DNA of 64,000 nt, taken from Candidatus Bathyarchaeota archaeon (GTDB lineage Archaea > Thermoproteota > Bathyarchaeia > Bathyarchaeales > Bathycorpusculaceae). The stretch covers positions 480,001-544,000 of the forward strand of contig CAWEPZ010000011.1 in NCBI GenBank assembly GCA_963811105.1, written 5' to 3'. A program made the position numbers and the translations under genes. This document shows positions 30,303 to 40,275 of the stretch, in pieces. The notes beneath the pieces are model-generated. The model searched no databases, was not told where the DNA came from, and saw only the letters and a program-made list of their open reading frames with translations. Position 1 is the first letter of the stretch, and each line of letters opens with the position of its first letter.

Positions 30303-30824
30303 TTAACTTTGTTGTTGGGGGATCTCCCAATAACTAATTATATCGCCTTTTACCCATTTGCCACCTAAACTTCGGACAACTTCATTAATGTCATCCCACT
30401 CAGCCTTCAAAAACTGAATCGGCTTAACCACAATACAATCACCTTTAACATTAAAGCTAAGGACTTTGCGTTGTTCAGGGCTGAATTCATTTTCCATTTT
30501 GAGTGCAGTTTTACTTAGTTGAAGTGATTTAGTACTTACAGTTTTGGTTTCAGGTCTGGGTTCAATTTTGGTGGCTACGGGTTTTGAGATAGCTTTGGGC
30601 TGAATGGCAGTTTTTAGGTTGAATTCTGGAATTGGATATTCGGCGGTGTCTTCGAAACTATTGCTTCTAACTATTGCAAGAACTTGTTTGGAGAATAAGT
30701 CAAGCTTTAAATCTAATAATTCGGCGTCAATAGGTAGGTTTGAACTAAGAGTTGTTTTGCCTTGCAGAAGTTCAATGATAAATTCAGGGGTTAATTTTAT
30801 AAGCCTTATTTTCATATGCAGCAC
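30303..30824 (-). CDS. Hypothetical two-domain protein
   Basis: 173-aa ORF with low-complexity linker; C-terminal EWDDINEVVRSLGGKW..YWEIP. Confidence 0.7.
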   Translation of the reverse strand: MLHMKIRLIKLTPEFIIELLQGKTTLSSNLPIDAELLDLKLDLFSKQVLAIVRSNSFEDTAEYPIPEFNLKTAIQPKAISKPVATKIEPRPETKTVSTKSLQLSKTALKMENEFSPEQRKVLSFNVKGDCIVVKPIQFLKAEWDDINEVVRSLGGKWVKGDIISYWEIPQQQS

Positions 30825-30892
30825 TCAAACCGCTTCTAAGGTGATAAATAACTTAAAAGCCTTGCTTATCCGCAAAAGGAAAAGCGGATTTT

Positions 30893-31495
30893 TTACTGTT
30901 GCTTTAAATGGGCCTTGGCTCGAAGATTTCTCCATTCCGAAAAGTTGCCAAAGTACATGCCCCAGCTTCTTAGTTTCGGAGACACTGCCCTAATCAAAGC
31001 TGGACAAGCAATAATAACTATAGGTAAATTGAGAAAAAACGTGGGTAACAAGAAAGCCAAAGCGGTTTCTGTGGGAAACAGACTTACTGCTACGAACTCC
31101 CAGAGAATGAAAGCTGTACCGAGGAACAAGGTTAGCGCGTAAATGCTTGATAACATGAGGAGGCCCTTTTTTGTCTTAGCTTCAGCGGCTAACTCTGGGA
31201 TGAGTAACCAGTTTAAGCCGTATATGACAAAAGCAGTCGTTATTTCTACCCATGCGAGATAGAGAGGTAAGCCTTCCACGTAAACTCCGCCGATTAGGGC
31301 GCCTATCATGCTGCCGGCTAATCCGCTCCATCCGAACCAAAGCGGGAAGACGCCCAGAAGGATTATTGGCAGGTAGAGAAGAGTGAAGTTTGGAACTCCT
31401 ATCATGTATGATAACATGAAGAAAATGCCGTAAAGTGCTGCTGTAATAGCCATTATTGATGCATGTTTCGCTTTACTTTGTTTTTGCATTAGCAT
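30893..31495 (-). CDS. ECF transporter S-component-like (QueT-like) membrane protein
   Basis: AITAALY, PLWFG..G..GSMIGALI, about 6 TM. Confidence 0.6.
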   Translation of the reverse strand: MLMQKQSKAKHASIMAITAALYGIFFMLSYMIGVPNFTLLYLPIILLGVFPLWFGWSGLAGSMIGALIGGVYVEGLPLYLAWVEITTAFVIYGLNWLLIPELAAEAKTKKGLLMLSSIYALTLFLGTAFILWEFVAVSLFPTETALAFLLPTFFLNLPIVIIACPALIRAVSPKLRSWGMYFGNFSEWRNLRAKAHLKQQ

Positions 31496-31566
31496 TCAGG
31501 ATTCAATTCCTTTAGTTTGGCATCTGAACGCTACAAAGCAACGATTGAATAAAAGCATTTTTGTCC

Positions 31567-31584
31567 GTATTACATTTGTAATAC
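31567..31584. promoter_or_regulatory. Perfect palindrome GTATTACA-TT-TGTAATAC, candidate operator
   Basis: 8-bp inverted repeat in a divergent promoter; core also at 52806 and 53975. Confidence 0.4.
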
Positions 31585-31709
31585 AATTAATTGAAAACTT
31601 GAACGCCTTATACGCAAATGTCATTATGATTAACGAGCTGCATTAACCAAAATATTAAATGTTTCAGCATTATTGACGTATTAGACTCTGACAGCAGAGT
31701 CCGATACCT

Positions 31710-32639
31710 ATGATTAACAAGCTAAACCTTACCAAGATTGCGTTGATAATAGCGGTTGGAGTCCTCATCGTTTTAAACTTGTACACATTTATTGTTGCTT
31801 ATCCTGAAACTCACGCAATCGACTCTGGCATTAACACTTCGGGCACCATATTGGCGAAAGACTTCTCAGCTTACTACATGGGTGCATGGAGACTCTGGAA
31901 TAACCCTGCACATATTTACAATTTCGGTGCCTTAGGCGGCAAAGAACCAATCATCCTCCCCTATCCTGAGGAATATAAATACCTACCATCTTTCTTACTG
32001 ATTGTATCGCCACTGCTATCATTGAAATATCAAGATGCATTATTTGCCTTCGACATAATCCAGTTTATGCTATTACCCTTAGCGTCTTACATGCTGTACA
32101 AACTCTTGGATAATAAGCACGTTGCAATCACTCTCGTGGTTATGGCTATTGCGTTGCTACTTCCATTCCCAACCGTAAAATGGGGTTTATCGCCAAGCTA
32201 CTATTGGCAGTGGGGTGAAGGACAAGCCAAAGTATTCGTTACCTTTTTGCTTATCCTCAGCTTTTATCTAGGCAAACAGGGCAAGCCTATCCTGTCGGGT
32301 ATTGCATTGGCTTTTGGGTTCTTTGACCCAAGGTTCGGATTACTGGCAATGCCGTTATTTGTAATGTACAACCGCAAAAACCTAAAAACTGCAGCAGTAA
32401 GTGCAATTGGCTCTTTAGCAGTGTCAAATTTGATGCTGCTATACCCGGGGATGGCACCTAATTTCTTAAACATGGTTTTTGCTTCAGCCGTAACCACGCC
32501 TCTCTATTATTACTCCCTAATACCGCTCTTTACTCTATTGGCTTTGATTGTAGTTAACTTTAAAGAAGTGGTGGCTTCCATTGATTATAAAGGAACATTT
32601 GCCAGTTTTACTGGTGTAGCAAAAAAGCAAGAAAACTAA
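31710..32639 (+). CDS. GT87/DUF2029-like membrane glycosyltransferase
   Basis: KDFSAYY, YKYLPSFL, GQ motif, multiple TM. Confidence 0.7.
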   Translation: MINKLNLTKIALIIAVGVLIVLNLYTFIVAYPETHAIDSGINTSGTILAKDFSAYYMGAWRLWNNPAHIYNFGALGGKEPIILPYPEEYKYLPSFLLIVSPLLSLKYQDALFAFDIIQFMLLPLASYMLYKLLDNKHVAITLVVMAIALLLPFPTVKWGLSPSYYWQWGEGQAKVFVTFLLILSFYLGKQGKPILSGIALAFGFFDPRFGLLAMPLFVMYNRKNLKTAAVSAIGSLAVSNLMLLYPGMAPNFLNMVFASAVTTPLYYYSLIPLFTLLALIVVNFKEVVASIDYKGTFASFTGVAKKQEN

Positions 32640-32972
32640 CCCATCCAATTACTTGATCGATGTTTTGAAAACATTATGACTGCACGGGATCAATATCGCT
32701 CCGGGAAATTATAGCGCCAAATGCAAGCCAGTAATTGAGCCCAATCTTATCCAAAACGTCAATTGCCGCCTCATTAGCACCAAAAAATATAGGAAGCACT
32801 GCTAAGATCAAGCCCAAAAATTTTCAGTAAGATCTGCAGTTTTTTTCCGAAATCCATAAGTTTATTTCTGTCGAGAGAAACGCTTAACCAAATCTTTGAA
32901 TAACTTTTATTATTAAGAGTACTGAATATAAAAGTTGCATACCAAAAAGTTTTGCATTTTTGAGGCGTCTAT

Positions 32973-34184
32973 TTGAAGCGGTACCTAATCATAACGTTAG
33001 CATTTATTGTTGCCGTAGTGTTGGTTTTGGCTTCATTTGAGTTACTCTTGCCCTATCTTGATCATAAAAGCGAGAGCCAGCAGTTTAAGCAGTCGGGCTT
33101 TCATGTAGGTGTTTCTTTCTGCGGCAATACAACGGCACAAGCAAAACTATTGGTTGATAAAGTGAAGGGCTACACGAATCTTTTTGTTGTGCAGTCTGGT
33201 CCCGTGAGCATAAATGAGACCGCTATGAATGAAATAGTTGATTACGCCGTTGCCTCAGGTTTGGATGTAATTGTCTATTTCGGATTCTTTAATCATAAGT
33301 ATCCATGGCAGGTTCCTTGGCTTGATTATGCGAAGCAACAATGGGGCGACCATTTTTTAGGAATCTATTTGAATGACGAACCGGGAGGACAAACCATTGA
33401 CAACAACTGGATTAGCATCTTTGTACAATTAAAAATTCATAATGCCTCAGAATATTTCCAACATGAACCAGAGATTAATCTTGCCTTGACCAGTTCCCTT
33501 CTCATAGATAACAATTCTGCAGCTTACCACTTCGTCAACGACGTTAAAACCGGTTTAGGCCTAAATGAGCTGCAAAGCCGCTCCATTCACTCTTTCACCT
33601 CTGACTATGCGCTCTACTGGTTTGACTATTTAGGCGGGTATGACACGATTTTTGCGGAGTTCGGCTCCAACCAAAGCAGCACCCAGGCTATGGCTTTGGC
33701 TCGAGGTGCGGCGCGGCTACAAAACAAAACGTGGGGAACCATAATTACTTGGACATATAATCAACCTCCTTACATTGAAAATAGCACAGCAATTTATGAC
33801 GACCTAATTTCGGGTTACCTTGGGGGAGCAAAATATGAAGTAATTTTTGATTACCCACAAATTGATGACAACCCTTATGGCATTTTAACAGACCAACATT
33901 TTTTGGCTTTAGAGACGTTCTGGAATGACATACAGACACTTAAGGTTAACAATGTGCCTGAAGCCGCTTTGGTTCTTCCACACAATTACGGCTGGGCCAT
34001 GCGGGGTCTGGAAGACCCAATTTGGGGTGTGTGGAAACCTGATAGCACTTCAGATCAGATTTGGAATATTTCCCATAGGCTTATCTCCGAATACGGCTTG
34101 AATTTAGATATGATTTATGATGACCAACAGTTCCCATTTCAAGGAAAATACCAACAGATCTACTACTGGAACCAAACTACGTAA
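32973..34184 (+). CDS. Membrane-anchored extracellular protein, possible glycoside-hydrolase-like barrel
   Basis: N-terminal TM, GIYLNDEPGG, many N-x-S/T sequons. Confidence 0.7.
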   Translation: MKRYLIITLAFIVAVVLVLASFELLLPYLDHKSESQQFKQSGFHVGVSFCGNTTAQAKLLVDKVKGYTNLFVVQSGPVSINETAMNEIVDYAVASGLDVIVYFGFFNHKYPWQVPWLDYAKQQWGDHFLGIYLNDEPGGQTIDNNWISIFVQLKIHNASEYFQHEPEINLALTSSLLIDNNSAAYHFVNDVKTGLGLNELQSRSIHSFTSDYALYWFDYLGGYDTIFAEFGSNQSSTQAMALARGAARLQNKTWGTIITWTYNQPPYIENSTAIYDDLISGYLGGAKYEVIFDYPQIDDNPYGILTDQHFLALETFWNDIQTLKVNNVPEAALVLPHNYGWAMRGLEDPIWGVWKPDSTSDQIWNISHRLISEYGLNLDMIYDDQQFPFQGKYQQIYYWNQTT

Positions 34185-34255
34185 CATTATAGACCGAATG
34201 GAACAGCTTTATTAGCTGGTCTACCATAGGTGAATAAGCTAATTGGTGATTATTT

Positions 34256-34525
34256 TTGACCCAAACAGTCTACGGAAGAATAGTGAATTACAGAACAGGC
34301 CCAAAATCACAAACATCGAAAGAGTGCTTAATTGAATTTCAAAAGGTAAATTCTGCATCAATGGTTAGCCAACTTTTAGGGCAAAAAGTCACTTGGAAAA
34401 AAGGCAATTGCACAATTGTTGGAAAAATTATGGGTCCACATGGTAAAAATGGCATGGCTAGAGTAAAATTCACTCGGGGTGTTCCAGGCCAAGCAATAGG
34501 AACAATTGTTGAAACAATAGGTTAG
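34256..34525 (+). CDS. rpl35ae: 50S ribosomal protein L35Ae
   Basis: YRTGPKSQ, GKIMGPHGKNGMARVKF..GVPGQAIG; GGTGA SD before TTG. Confidence 0.93.
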   Translation: MTQTVYGRIVNYRTGPKSQTSKECLIEFQKVNSASMVSQLLGQKVTWKKGNCTIVGKIMGPHGKNGMARVKFTRGVPGQAIGTIVETIG

Positions 34526-34646
34526 TTTTGTTTCAGGATTAAACATCATCGGATTTCTTGATGAAGCAAAAAAGAAGTTTAATTTTCTTAATGTGTTTTT
34601 TCGTTCTTTAATCCATTGCGGATTTTATTTTTGGCGTGCTACTTTG

Positions 34647-34817
34647 TTATAGTTCGCCTAGGTCTTCTGTTTCATAAACGTAGTCTTGTAAGCAAACTTT
34701 GCCTTCTTTCACATGTACTCTGTAGTCAGCTTCGCAAATCGGGCAAGCTACGATCTCGCCGTCTTTAACACCGTCCTTCTTGAATGTATTTCCACATTCT
34801 GAGCATTTTAAGATAAT
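34647..34817 (-). CDS. LysW-like zinc-ribbon protein with no ATG/GTG/TTG start, in frame with aIF-1A
   Basis: IILKCSECG...GEIVACPICEADY...YETEDLGEL*, 56 aa; GAGGCG SD-like motif 6 nt before ATT. Confidence 0.7.
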   Translation of the reverse strand: MILKCSECGNTFKKDGVKDGEIVACPICEADYRVHVKEGKVCLQDYVYETEDLGEL

Positions 34818-34835
34818 ATTTTTCGCCTCTATTTC

Positions 34836-35156
34836 CTACATTTTTAGGTAGTTATGGTCTCTGAGCCAATCTGATTGGTTTTTTCTGTAGCGCCAAAAGA
34901 TGTCTCCTCTGGTGTCTGATTGAAAATCCCAAGGTGATACTAAAACGACATCTCCTTCCCTTATCCATACGCGTCTTTTTAGTTTGCCTCTGACTCGGCA
35001 TAATCGTTCTTTGCCGTCTTGGCATTTAACCGTGATTCTTTCGGCGCCAAGCATCTTAATTGCTACGCCTAAAACGTCATTTGAGGAAGGCAAAACCATG
35101 CTGTCGAGGTTACCTTCATTTGTAATTTTCCTTTTGCCCATTTTTTTAACCCTCAT
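34836..35156 (-). CDS. eif1a: Translation initiation factor aIF-1A
   Basis: KMLG, VKCQDGKERLCRVRGKLKRRVWIREGDVVLVSPWDFQ..RGDIFWRY. Confidence 0.96.
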   Translation of the reverse strand: MRVKKMGKRKITNEGNLDSMVLPSSNDVLGVAIKMLGAERITVKCQDGKERLCRVRGKLKRRVWIREGDVVLVSPWDFQSDTRGDIFWRYRKNQSDWLRDHNYLKM

Positions 35157-35503
35157 TTGGCTTGCGCCAAATTAATAATCAGAATAGTTTGAGAAAAAGC
35201 AAAAGCGCCCAGTGAATCTGACTCTTCCTCAAAAGATTCTAACCGTTAAAACATTATGGCTGTACCGACTATATTAATACAACAACTAAAAAAGACTTTA
35301 TTTTCAAGCATTTTTTTGATTTTACCTTGTTTTTAAACCGATTGGCGGAAAAAAATCTATTTTCAAAAGAACTTTTTTGTATCCATGAGTTTATAAGGGC
35401 GCAGACACAGTCGTTGTTGAAGAGTTTCTTTTATTCTTCGGGTAATCCTATCTGAGTAAATGATTCTTTTCAAAAAATCTAAACGATGAAGAGGTAAATA
35501 GCT

Positions 35504-35638
35504 TTGTGTATGTTAAGAGCAGGTCTAGTCAAAAACTGTCGAAGATGCAAGTCTTCGGTAAGACTAAATTGTGTCTATAGAAAGAAAATAAAACAGAAAA
35601 TGTTTACTGATAATAAGAAAAAGGGCGAAAAAGCTTAA
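35504..35638 (+). CDS. Putative 44-aa basic Cys-containing small protein
   Basis: GAGGT SD 8 nt before TTG; MCMLRAGLVKNCRRCKSSVRLNCVYRKK...; TTTATAA box near 35390. Confidence 0.4.
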   Translation: MCMLRAGLVKNCRRCKSSVRLNCVYRKKIKQKMFTDNKKKGEKA

Positions 35639-35808
35639 GGTTAACAAACATTTCCTGAGCTTACACTTCTTTTCTCTACTCATTTCCGGTTAAGGCACTA
35701 TGATGCAATCAACGATAGCCTCAAGCTTTTTCAGAAATGGAGATGGATTTGATAGAGAAAAATAGTAATTCTTCAAATTGAAAATCGTATTTTTGAGGTT
35801 GAAGGTAA

Positions 35809-36051
35809 ATAAGGTTAATTAAAGGTTGGAAAAAAATCAGCAATGAAGGCGGCTATGTTAACGAAAATACAGGGCAAACCCTAATTGTAACAAAAAAAGA
35901 GTTTACTGTACATTACCATGTATTGCTCTTTGTTGGAGAGCAGACAACCGAAAAAGAAGGCAAGGCAGTATCGCCAGTGTTTGAAACTAAAGTCAAAGCA
36001 GAAACTTTTGGCATTAACTGGATGGAAAAACACCCGAATGGAATTACATAA
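35809..36051 (+). CDS. Putative 80-aa hypothetical protein lacking a canonical start
   Basis: IRLIKGWKKISNEGGYVNENTGQTL...INWMEKHPNGIT*; in-frame TAA immediately upstream; GAGGT/GAAGGT upstream. Confidence 0.55.
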   Translation: MRLIKGWKKISNEGGYVNENTGQTLIVTKKEFTVHYHVLLFVGEQTTEKEGKAVSPVFETKVKAETFGINWMEKHPNGIT

Positions 36052-36080
36052 CCAAAGTAATTTTGGAGTCTAGCGAAGTA

Positions 36081-36155
36081 AGGTTGGCTTAAGTACAGAC
36101 AAAAAATTCGGGAAGAGGGAGGGGGGAATCGTTTTGTCTGTACTTAAGTTAACCC
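36081..36155. repeat. Long inverted repeat/hairpin with purine-rich loop
   Basis: GGTTGGCTTAAGTACAGACAAAA ... TTTTGTCTGTACTTAAGTTAACC, 17 bp perfect core. Confidence 0.8.
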
Positions 36156-36596
36156 TTGTTTCGATTCACGCTATAGATTAGATTGAATCTTTTTGCGTGC
36201 TTATTACACTATTAGGCGTCTTGAATGATAAATAATGATGTGACTGTGCATCCACAGTTACAAAGTTTGAATGGTGAATTCTTATTAAAGCTACAATTAT
36301 GTAACCTATTAATCCTCAAATCAGTTTGAACTAAACTTCATTAACTTTAGCAAAAAAAGTTAATGCATTTATAAGCAGCTTTAGGGTTTATAAACATGGG
36401 AGAATTAGAGTTTTTTACATTTGCAGCGAAGGTGATATTACTGCTAAACTACAAAAATCTTTTCAGAGAATCTTATAAATGCAGAATTTGTACGGCCCAT
36501 TTTGCTAGTCCAGAAGAATTAAGGATCCACAGAATTGTTAACCATAAGGGCCACATGCTAACCATCAAACGTTAAAATGCACAACTTTTTAATTAA

Positions 36597-36836
36597 TTAT
36601 TTAATTATTTCGCCAATCGCGGCTTTTTCTCCAACTTGTGTTAACTTTATTTTCACACAATCTCTTGGCTTGGCTTTTGGCACCATTATGATGTATCCTT
36701 GAATTTTTGACATTCCGTCTCCACTCGGACCTACGTCGGTGATATTTACTAATAATTCTTCTCCTAACTCGAAGGGACATTGCTTCCCGACGTGTTTAAT
36801 CTTGAAATGTCCCCCTCGTACTCTTCTATGAACCAT
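36597..36836 (-). CDS. Stand-alone TRAM-domain RNA-binding protein
   Basis: PFELGEE..VNITDVGPSGDGMSKIQGYIIMVP. Confidence 0.88.
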   Translation of the reverse strand: MVHRRVRGGHFKIKHVGKQCPFELGEELLVNITDVGPSGDGMSKIQGYIIMVPKAKPRDCVKIKLTQVGEKAAIGEIIK

Positions 36837-36973
36837 GCAAAAACCTTACCTTATTTTGTGTGGTAGATAGAGATGAGGGCTTAAATCTTCCGCAGCCTAT
36901 TATTCTTTTTCATTGGTTTTATTTAGAAAGATTAGTCGAAAGACACCTAAAGGAGTATTCATTTAGTTCTTGT

Positions 36974-37462
36974 TTAGTTTTTCATCAGCCTAAATTCGAT
37001 TTTGCCACATTGTGGACATATGTAAACTATTACATGCAATTCTTCTCCAAGCTTACCTGAGTCCCCAACAAATTTGGGATTCAATCCTTCCCACTCATTA
37101 ATGTTAAACTTGGTTTTTGCTTGTGACATTTCGATGTAACATTCAGAGCAAGTAACTTGGGCGTTTCTATCTTTGTATTTTTCAGGTTTTTTATCATCTC
37201 TAAGCACGTTTTCAGCCTCAGCTTTTTTAGCCTCAATTGCTGGGGAATCAGGTTCAATATTTCCTAAAAATTTGCATGGTGTCACACATTCTCGTCTTGA
37301 CGAGCAAAGGTAGCAACACGTCATCTTCTCGTCATTTTGGCATCGAAGCAACCTACTTGCCTTCGCTTTTTCACTTTCAGAAACAGCGGAACACAATTTC
37401 TCAATTGTTAAGTATTCACAACTATTCGCTAAATCCGACAAATTGCTTTCTTCCTGCTTCAC
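36974..37462 (-). CDS. Cys-rich zinc-binding hypothetical protein
   Basis: CCYLC..C..C, CSEC, YICPQCGKIEF. Confidence 0.7.
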   Translation of the reverse strand: MKQEESNLSDLANSCEYLTIEKLCSAVSESEKAKASRLLRCQNDEKMTCCYLCSSRRECVTPCKFLGNIEPDSPAIEAKKAEAENVLRDDKKPEKYKDRNAQVTCSECYIEMSQAKTKFNINEWEGLNPKFVGDSGKLGEELHVIVYICPQCGKIEFRLMKN

Positions 37463-37733
37463 AATCCAAATTGCAGTTTCTGCCTATGTGTTTTTTGGTC
37501 AAAGTGCAAAAAACAATGCCGGAATTCAAGTTAATCGAGCACGGTATCAAGTACAATGGCAGACTGGCAGGGATCTAATCTCGAGCCCGCTTTAGACTTC
37601 ACCCTCAAATCCCTTTTTGTCTTAGAATTATGTGAATACTTTCAAAGAGGTTAACAGGGAAAAAAACCTAAACTAATAATAGAATGACAATCTGAACAGC
37701 TGAATGTTTGAAATAAAAAAAAGGTTATGAAAT

Positions 37734-38030
37734 TCATCGATTGAGTTTTCTTAAGATCAGCAGTCCAATTATTGCGATTGCAATGATAATTGCTATTACT
37801 CCAGCGATTACAGTTGTCACTACGGTGTTGTTGACTGCATCTAAGTTTGCAGGTGCTGTTGTCGGTGAAGCTGAAGCGCTTCGACTACGCCTACTGCGGT
37901 TTCTGCCCATGAACTGCCATAAGATTCATCGCCAGCGAAGGCAGCGGTAACGACGTATTTCCCTGGTATGTCTGGCTTCCAAAGATAATTAAATGTTCCA
38001 CTCATGTCACTTGTAACAGTAGCAATATGT
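37734..38030 (-). pseudogene. C-terminal fragment of a membrane-anchored surface (PQQ-beta-propeller-type) protein
   Basis: IATVTSDMSGTFNYLWKPDIPGKYVVTAAFAGDESYGSSWAET, then a frameshift into an S/T/P linker and TM (VIAGVIAIIIAIAIIGLLILRK); no 5' part. Confidence 0.65.
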
Positions 38031-38365
38031 TTTGAGTTTTGAAAAATATTACGGCTTAACCGACACACCAAGTAGGCATTTCATGTATGGATAGTTATGA
38101 TGTTCTTATCCCTCTACCCATTCTGGTTCATTCTATGCTTCGAAACCGGAAAGAAATACAACTTTCCACCGAAGTTCTTCACACTCTTCATTATAGGAGT
38201 CTTGCTGTTGACAATACTTTCAATCATGCAATCGCAAATCCCAGTTTGAAGACGCCGACAATAGCCACATCTATCATGGCTCCGCCTAAAGTTTGGTCAA
38301 TTGAAAAAACTAAGTCGAATCCAGATAGGCTTAAGTCTCCATGTGATTTATCAGAATTTGATCCA

Positions 38366-39520
38366 TTATTTGAAACTCTGTTCAATTTCTCTTCTAGTCT
38401 TGGAGCCTAACTTAATTGGGGCATCCTGTAACCATGGGATATACTCCCATTTCCAAATCATGTTGTTTGCATCATGCTCAGCCATCGCGTGGTTCGATGT
38501 GTTTACAAACACAACAGGATGTTTGCTGTCTACAAAATAGTATTTGACAGGATGTTCGGGCGCCGGTGGAGGAGTTTTGTCTCCGTGAATTGAATCTGAA
38601 TTCATTGCCTCCTCATAACTGTATATCCCTTCGAAGGTAAACCAGTCACTTGCCGGATCCTTCCTGACAAGAATTTTAAATGACTCAAGATCCATCACCC
38701 TACCATAAATTAATCGTCGCAAGCCTGTGTAAATAGAATTCAAGATCCCGTGCTGACGAAGTCTTTCATTGTTAAAAAGAAGGGAGACCTCCATTTCATA
38801 AGATCCGTCTTGGTTGATAGGTCCTTTTGCACAGTGGACTTCGCGAATGAAGTTTTTTAAGGCGTCAACGCTCGGCTGATATATAACTGGTATCATCCTG
38901 TCGTCTTGCACATCCAATTGTACATCGAAAATATTATTTTGGCTCTTCGATGGATGGTCCAACTCATTTACTATCTCAAGGTACAAGCCGTAAATTATTG
39001 AATTTGTGATTTCGACTCCTTCTATTGCCCACTCCCAGATCCAATGTTTATCATCAAGCTGAAAGACCCATCGATTCTTTGGGCCTTCTTTTTTATTTGG
39101 AATATTATTTCTCGCAGTGTACATCTCGGTTTTGGGTTCTGAAGGTTTTCCCGAAATCTCAAAGCCCAGCATGTACCGAAGCATAACTTCTTTTTGCATG
39201 AAACTGCTAAGTATTGTTTGGGTGCTTCTGATAACAATCAAAGACTTATTGTCTAGAGTTCTTGCATAACTAACCGTGCAATTATCTGAGTCCCAAAACT
39301 CTTCCTTACCAGTCCAAGAAAACCTGCCAAAGTAATCAACCTGCCATTTCTTTTCTTTAACGGTGAACCAAACCGGCTTTGAAATCATTATTATCCTAAG
39401 TAATGTTAAAGCTTGAACTATTTGATGCTTCTTCTTCGAGCCTAATATTAGTTCCAAAAATTGAATTAAATGTCGATATGGTAGGGCTTTTGAGACGTGC
39501 CTCGTATAAACAAGGTGCAA
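38366..39520 (-). CDS. Hypothetical protein (likely start at MISKPVWF, about 39388)
   Basis: Long open frame; VFVNTSNHAM motif; no family recognised. Confidence 0.7.
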   Translation of the reverse strand: MHLVYTRHVSKALPYRHLIQFLELILGSKKKHQIVQALTLLRIIMISKPVWFTVKEKKWQVDYFGRFSWTGKEEFWDSDNCTVSYARTLDNKSLIVIRSTQTILSSFMQKEVMLRYMLGFEISGKPSEPKTEMYTARNNIPNKKEGPKNRWVFQLDDKHWIWEWAIEGVEITNSIIYGLYLEIVNELDHPSKSQNNIFDVQLDVQDDRMIPVIYQPSVDALKNFIREVHCAKGPINQDGSYEMEVSLLFNNERLRQHGILNSIYTGLRRLIYGRVMDLESFKILVRKDPASDWFTFEGIYSYEEAMNSDSIHGDKTPPPAPEHPVKYYFVDSKHPVVFVNTSNHAMAEHDANNMIWKWEYIPWLQDAPIKLGSKTRREIEQSFK

Positions 39521-40081
39521 TTTCTAAAACTAAATTGAGTTTTCACATATCTTGCAAGTAATTATTTTATTCACGATAAGTAGCCAATCGGATAAAGCAA
39601 AAGTAACATGTTGCATCCACTATCAAATCATTTCGAAATGTTTTTTCATCTTCAAATCCAATATTATGGCTGTCTTTTCGTGCCAACCTGAAGGATCAAC
39701 AAGAGCTTCAGTTTTGTGATTATTGCTTAATCTTTCTAGCCACCCATTTTGCAGGACTTTGTAAAAAGAAAAAGATAGCTCCGAACTCTCCATGTCAGGA
39801 TATCGAAGCTTTACAGAATTAATCATCCTGCATTGAGGTCTATTAAAAAAAGAAGCCATCTAACCAGCATTCCCGGTCAACCGCTGAGGCACCAAATATG
39901 TTTACTTGACTGACTGAGATTCTCCTCCAACCACACTTATCTGTTAGGAGAATTGCCATTTGCATCTTTAATGCCGTTTGCAGTCCAAATTCAGGCTGCT
40001 CTCTTTCGAGGTTAGGATGCACGGAGTAGAAAGTCTCATTTCAAGCTTAATTTTAAAAAATTAGGTGGAATTGTGTGCCTG

Positions 40082-40116
40082 GCGGGGATAGCTATGAGCC
40101 CTCGTTTGAACCCTCG
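40082..40116 (-). repeat. Degenerate tRNA-Arg 3'-arm copy with duplicated T-arm 12-mer (copy A)
   Basis: 40085-40116 matches 46225-46256 at 31/32 nt; TTTGAACCCTCG identical to the tRNA at 50167-50178. Confidence 0.7.
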
Positions 40117-40275
40117 CGTGGTTTATGCCAATAGCAAAGATGAAAAGCAGAACAAAGCTAATTATCCGAAGTAATTGAAGAGTCATAGTTTAGATATCAC
40201 TTGTAAACCCTTGCGCTTGGTATCAAGCTGCCTTAATTTTTATAGTTGAGAATTAACTTGTAATGGGGGAAGCAT

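Noticed and set aside
1328-31142. Numerous short + strand ORFs in the track opposite long minus-strand genes
   Set aside because: Antisense shadows of well-supported genes with no motifs of their own
31496-31709. Possible preQ1 or other riboswitch upstream of the QueT-like gene
   Set aside because: No recognisable aptamer consensus; only a DNA palindrome and a short hairpin near the opposite gene
38087-38540. Track ORFs 38087-38410 and 38301-38540
   Set aside because: They overlap the convergent 38366-39520 gene and show no recognisable features
39623-39859. 78-aa ORF
   Set aside because: No family recognised; the region looks like degraded coding sequence and cannot be called
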